DNA of 63,246 nucleotides, the filler included, from Conidiobolus incongruus B7586 (lineage: Eukaryota): the NCBI GenBank assembly GCA_000697335.1. It is 8 parts of 8 records of this genome, joined end to end, with 100 filler letters (N's around TTAATTAATTAA, not from the genome) between each part and the next. Parts side by side here need not be neighbours in the genome. Positions count along the whole stretch, not along the records: positions 55,451 to 63,246 come from JNEM01007459.1; 7 more parts are not named here. One strand, written 5' to 3'. A program made the translations under genes and the position numbers. The notes beneath the pieces were generated by a model, which saw only the letters and a program-made list of their open reading frames with translations, did no database searches and was not told the origin of the DNA. Of the stretch, positions 62,572-63,246 are shown one piece after another (position 1 is the first letter of the stretch; each line of letters begins with the position of its first letter).

Positions 62572-63246
62572 TTATTAATATATTTTGATTTTAAAATTTA
62601 TATTTAAATTTAATTTTGCTTAAATTAAATAATAATTATCATAAGGCTTTTATTTCTATATTTTTAAAACTTAATTATAAACCTACTAAAATTATTTAAA
62701 ACTTGTAAGAAGATAATAAAGACAATGTTTATCCAAAACTACCATATATTGCTAAATTTGTGATTTTAAAGTTAAAAGGAATATTATTTAAAAGCTATCA
62801 AAATTTAAAAGATTAATTTTTATTATTATTTTTTTACTTATTAATAAAATAATAAAATATATTAACAAAAACTTTTTTATTTTAGTTAACCTATTATTAA
62901 AGTAATTTAATATTAATTATATAAGTATTTTATATATATTCAAGTTTAAACTTAAATTAATTAATAAAAATATAAAATAAATATTTTATAATTTAATAAC
63001 AACCTAAAAAAACAAGAGTACCTATAAATAAACTGAATTTATTAAGATATAACTTAATATAAAACCTTTTTAAAAATTTACTTATAATTAAATAATCTTG
63101 AATTCTTTTATATAAGCTTTTATTTTAATAATAAAATATTAAGTTAAATTAATTTTTTTTATTAATTTTAATAAATAAATATTTTAAATATAAATAAATA
63201 TTAATTATTATAATAAATTATAATAATATATAGTTTTCTTATTTAG
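62425..63246 (+). mobile_element. Highly degenerate mariner, 5' part (runs off the window end)
   Basis: TA|TTAGTATGGAAATT... left TIR and a (TA)n tract. Colinear with 14400-14747 joined directly to 20134 onward, i.e. an uninterrupted version. Confidence 0.85.

Noticed and set aside
1..63246. CRISPR arrays, rRNA/tRNA genes, telomeric repeats, prokaryotic operons
   Set aside because: None seen. The DNA is spliceosomal-intron-containing eukaryotic sequence and its repeats are explained by transposons or assembly.

Overview
Very AT-rich eukaryotic (fungal) genomic DNA in eight contigs joined by seven artificial 100-nt spacers (N44-TTAATTAATTAA-N44). Low GC, many introns of about 50 nt and the gene content suggest an early-diverging fungus, possibly Conidiobolus-like Zoopagomycota; this is inference, not proven. 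The left half (1-33.5 kb) is a graveyard of nested dead transposons: two chromodomain-bearing Ty3/gypsy families, Tc1 and mariner elements. Three intronless genes survive among them: an orphan 4-TM protein, a small secreted 6-Cys beta/gamma-crystallin/MiAMP1-like protein and a secreted GMC oxidoreductase. The right half holds a 10-exon aminopeptidase P, four tandem intronless ATG22 paralogs, the 3' part of CRM1/XPO1, an EVE-domain THYN1-like gene, QRI7 and a mitochondrial carrier. The strongest signal is that sister transposon copies differ almost only by C>T/G>A transitions. These fall mainly at CpA/TpG and next at CpT/ApG, and CpG is essentially eliminated. Genes, diverged paralogs and two short solo LTRs are spared. 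This looks like a repeat-induced point mutation (RIP)-like genome defence, in a lineage that may lie outside Dikarya.
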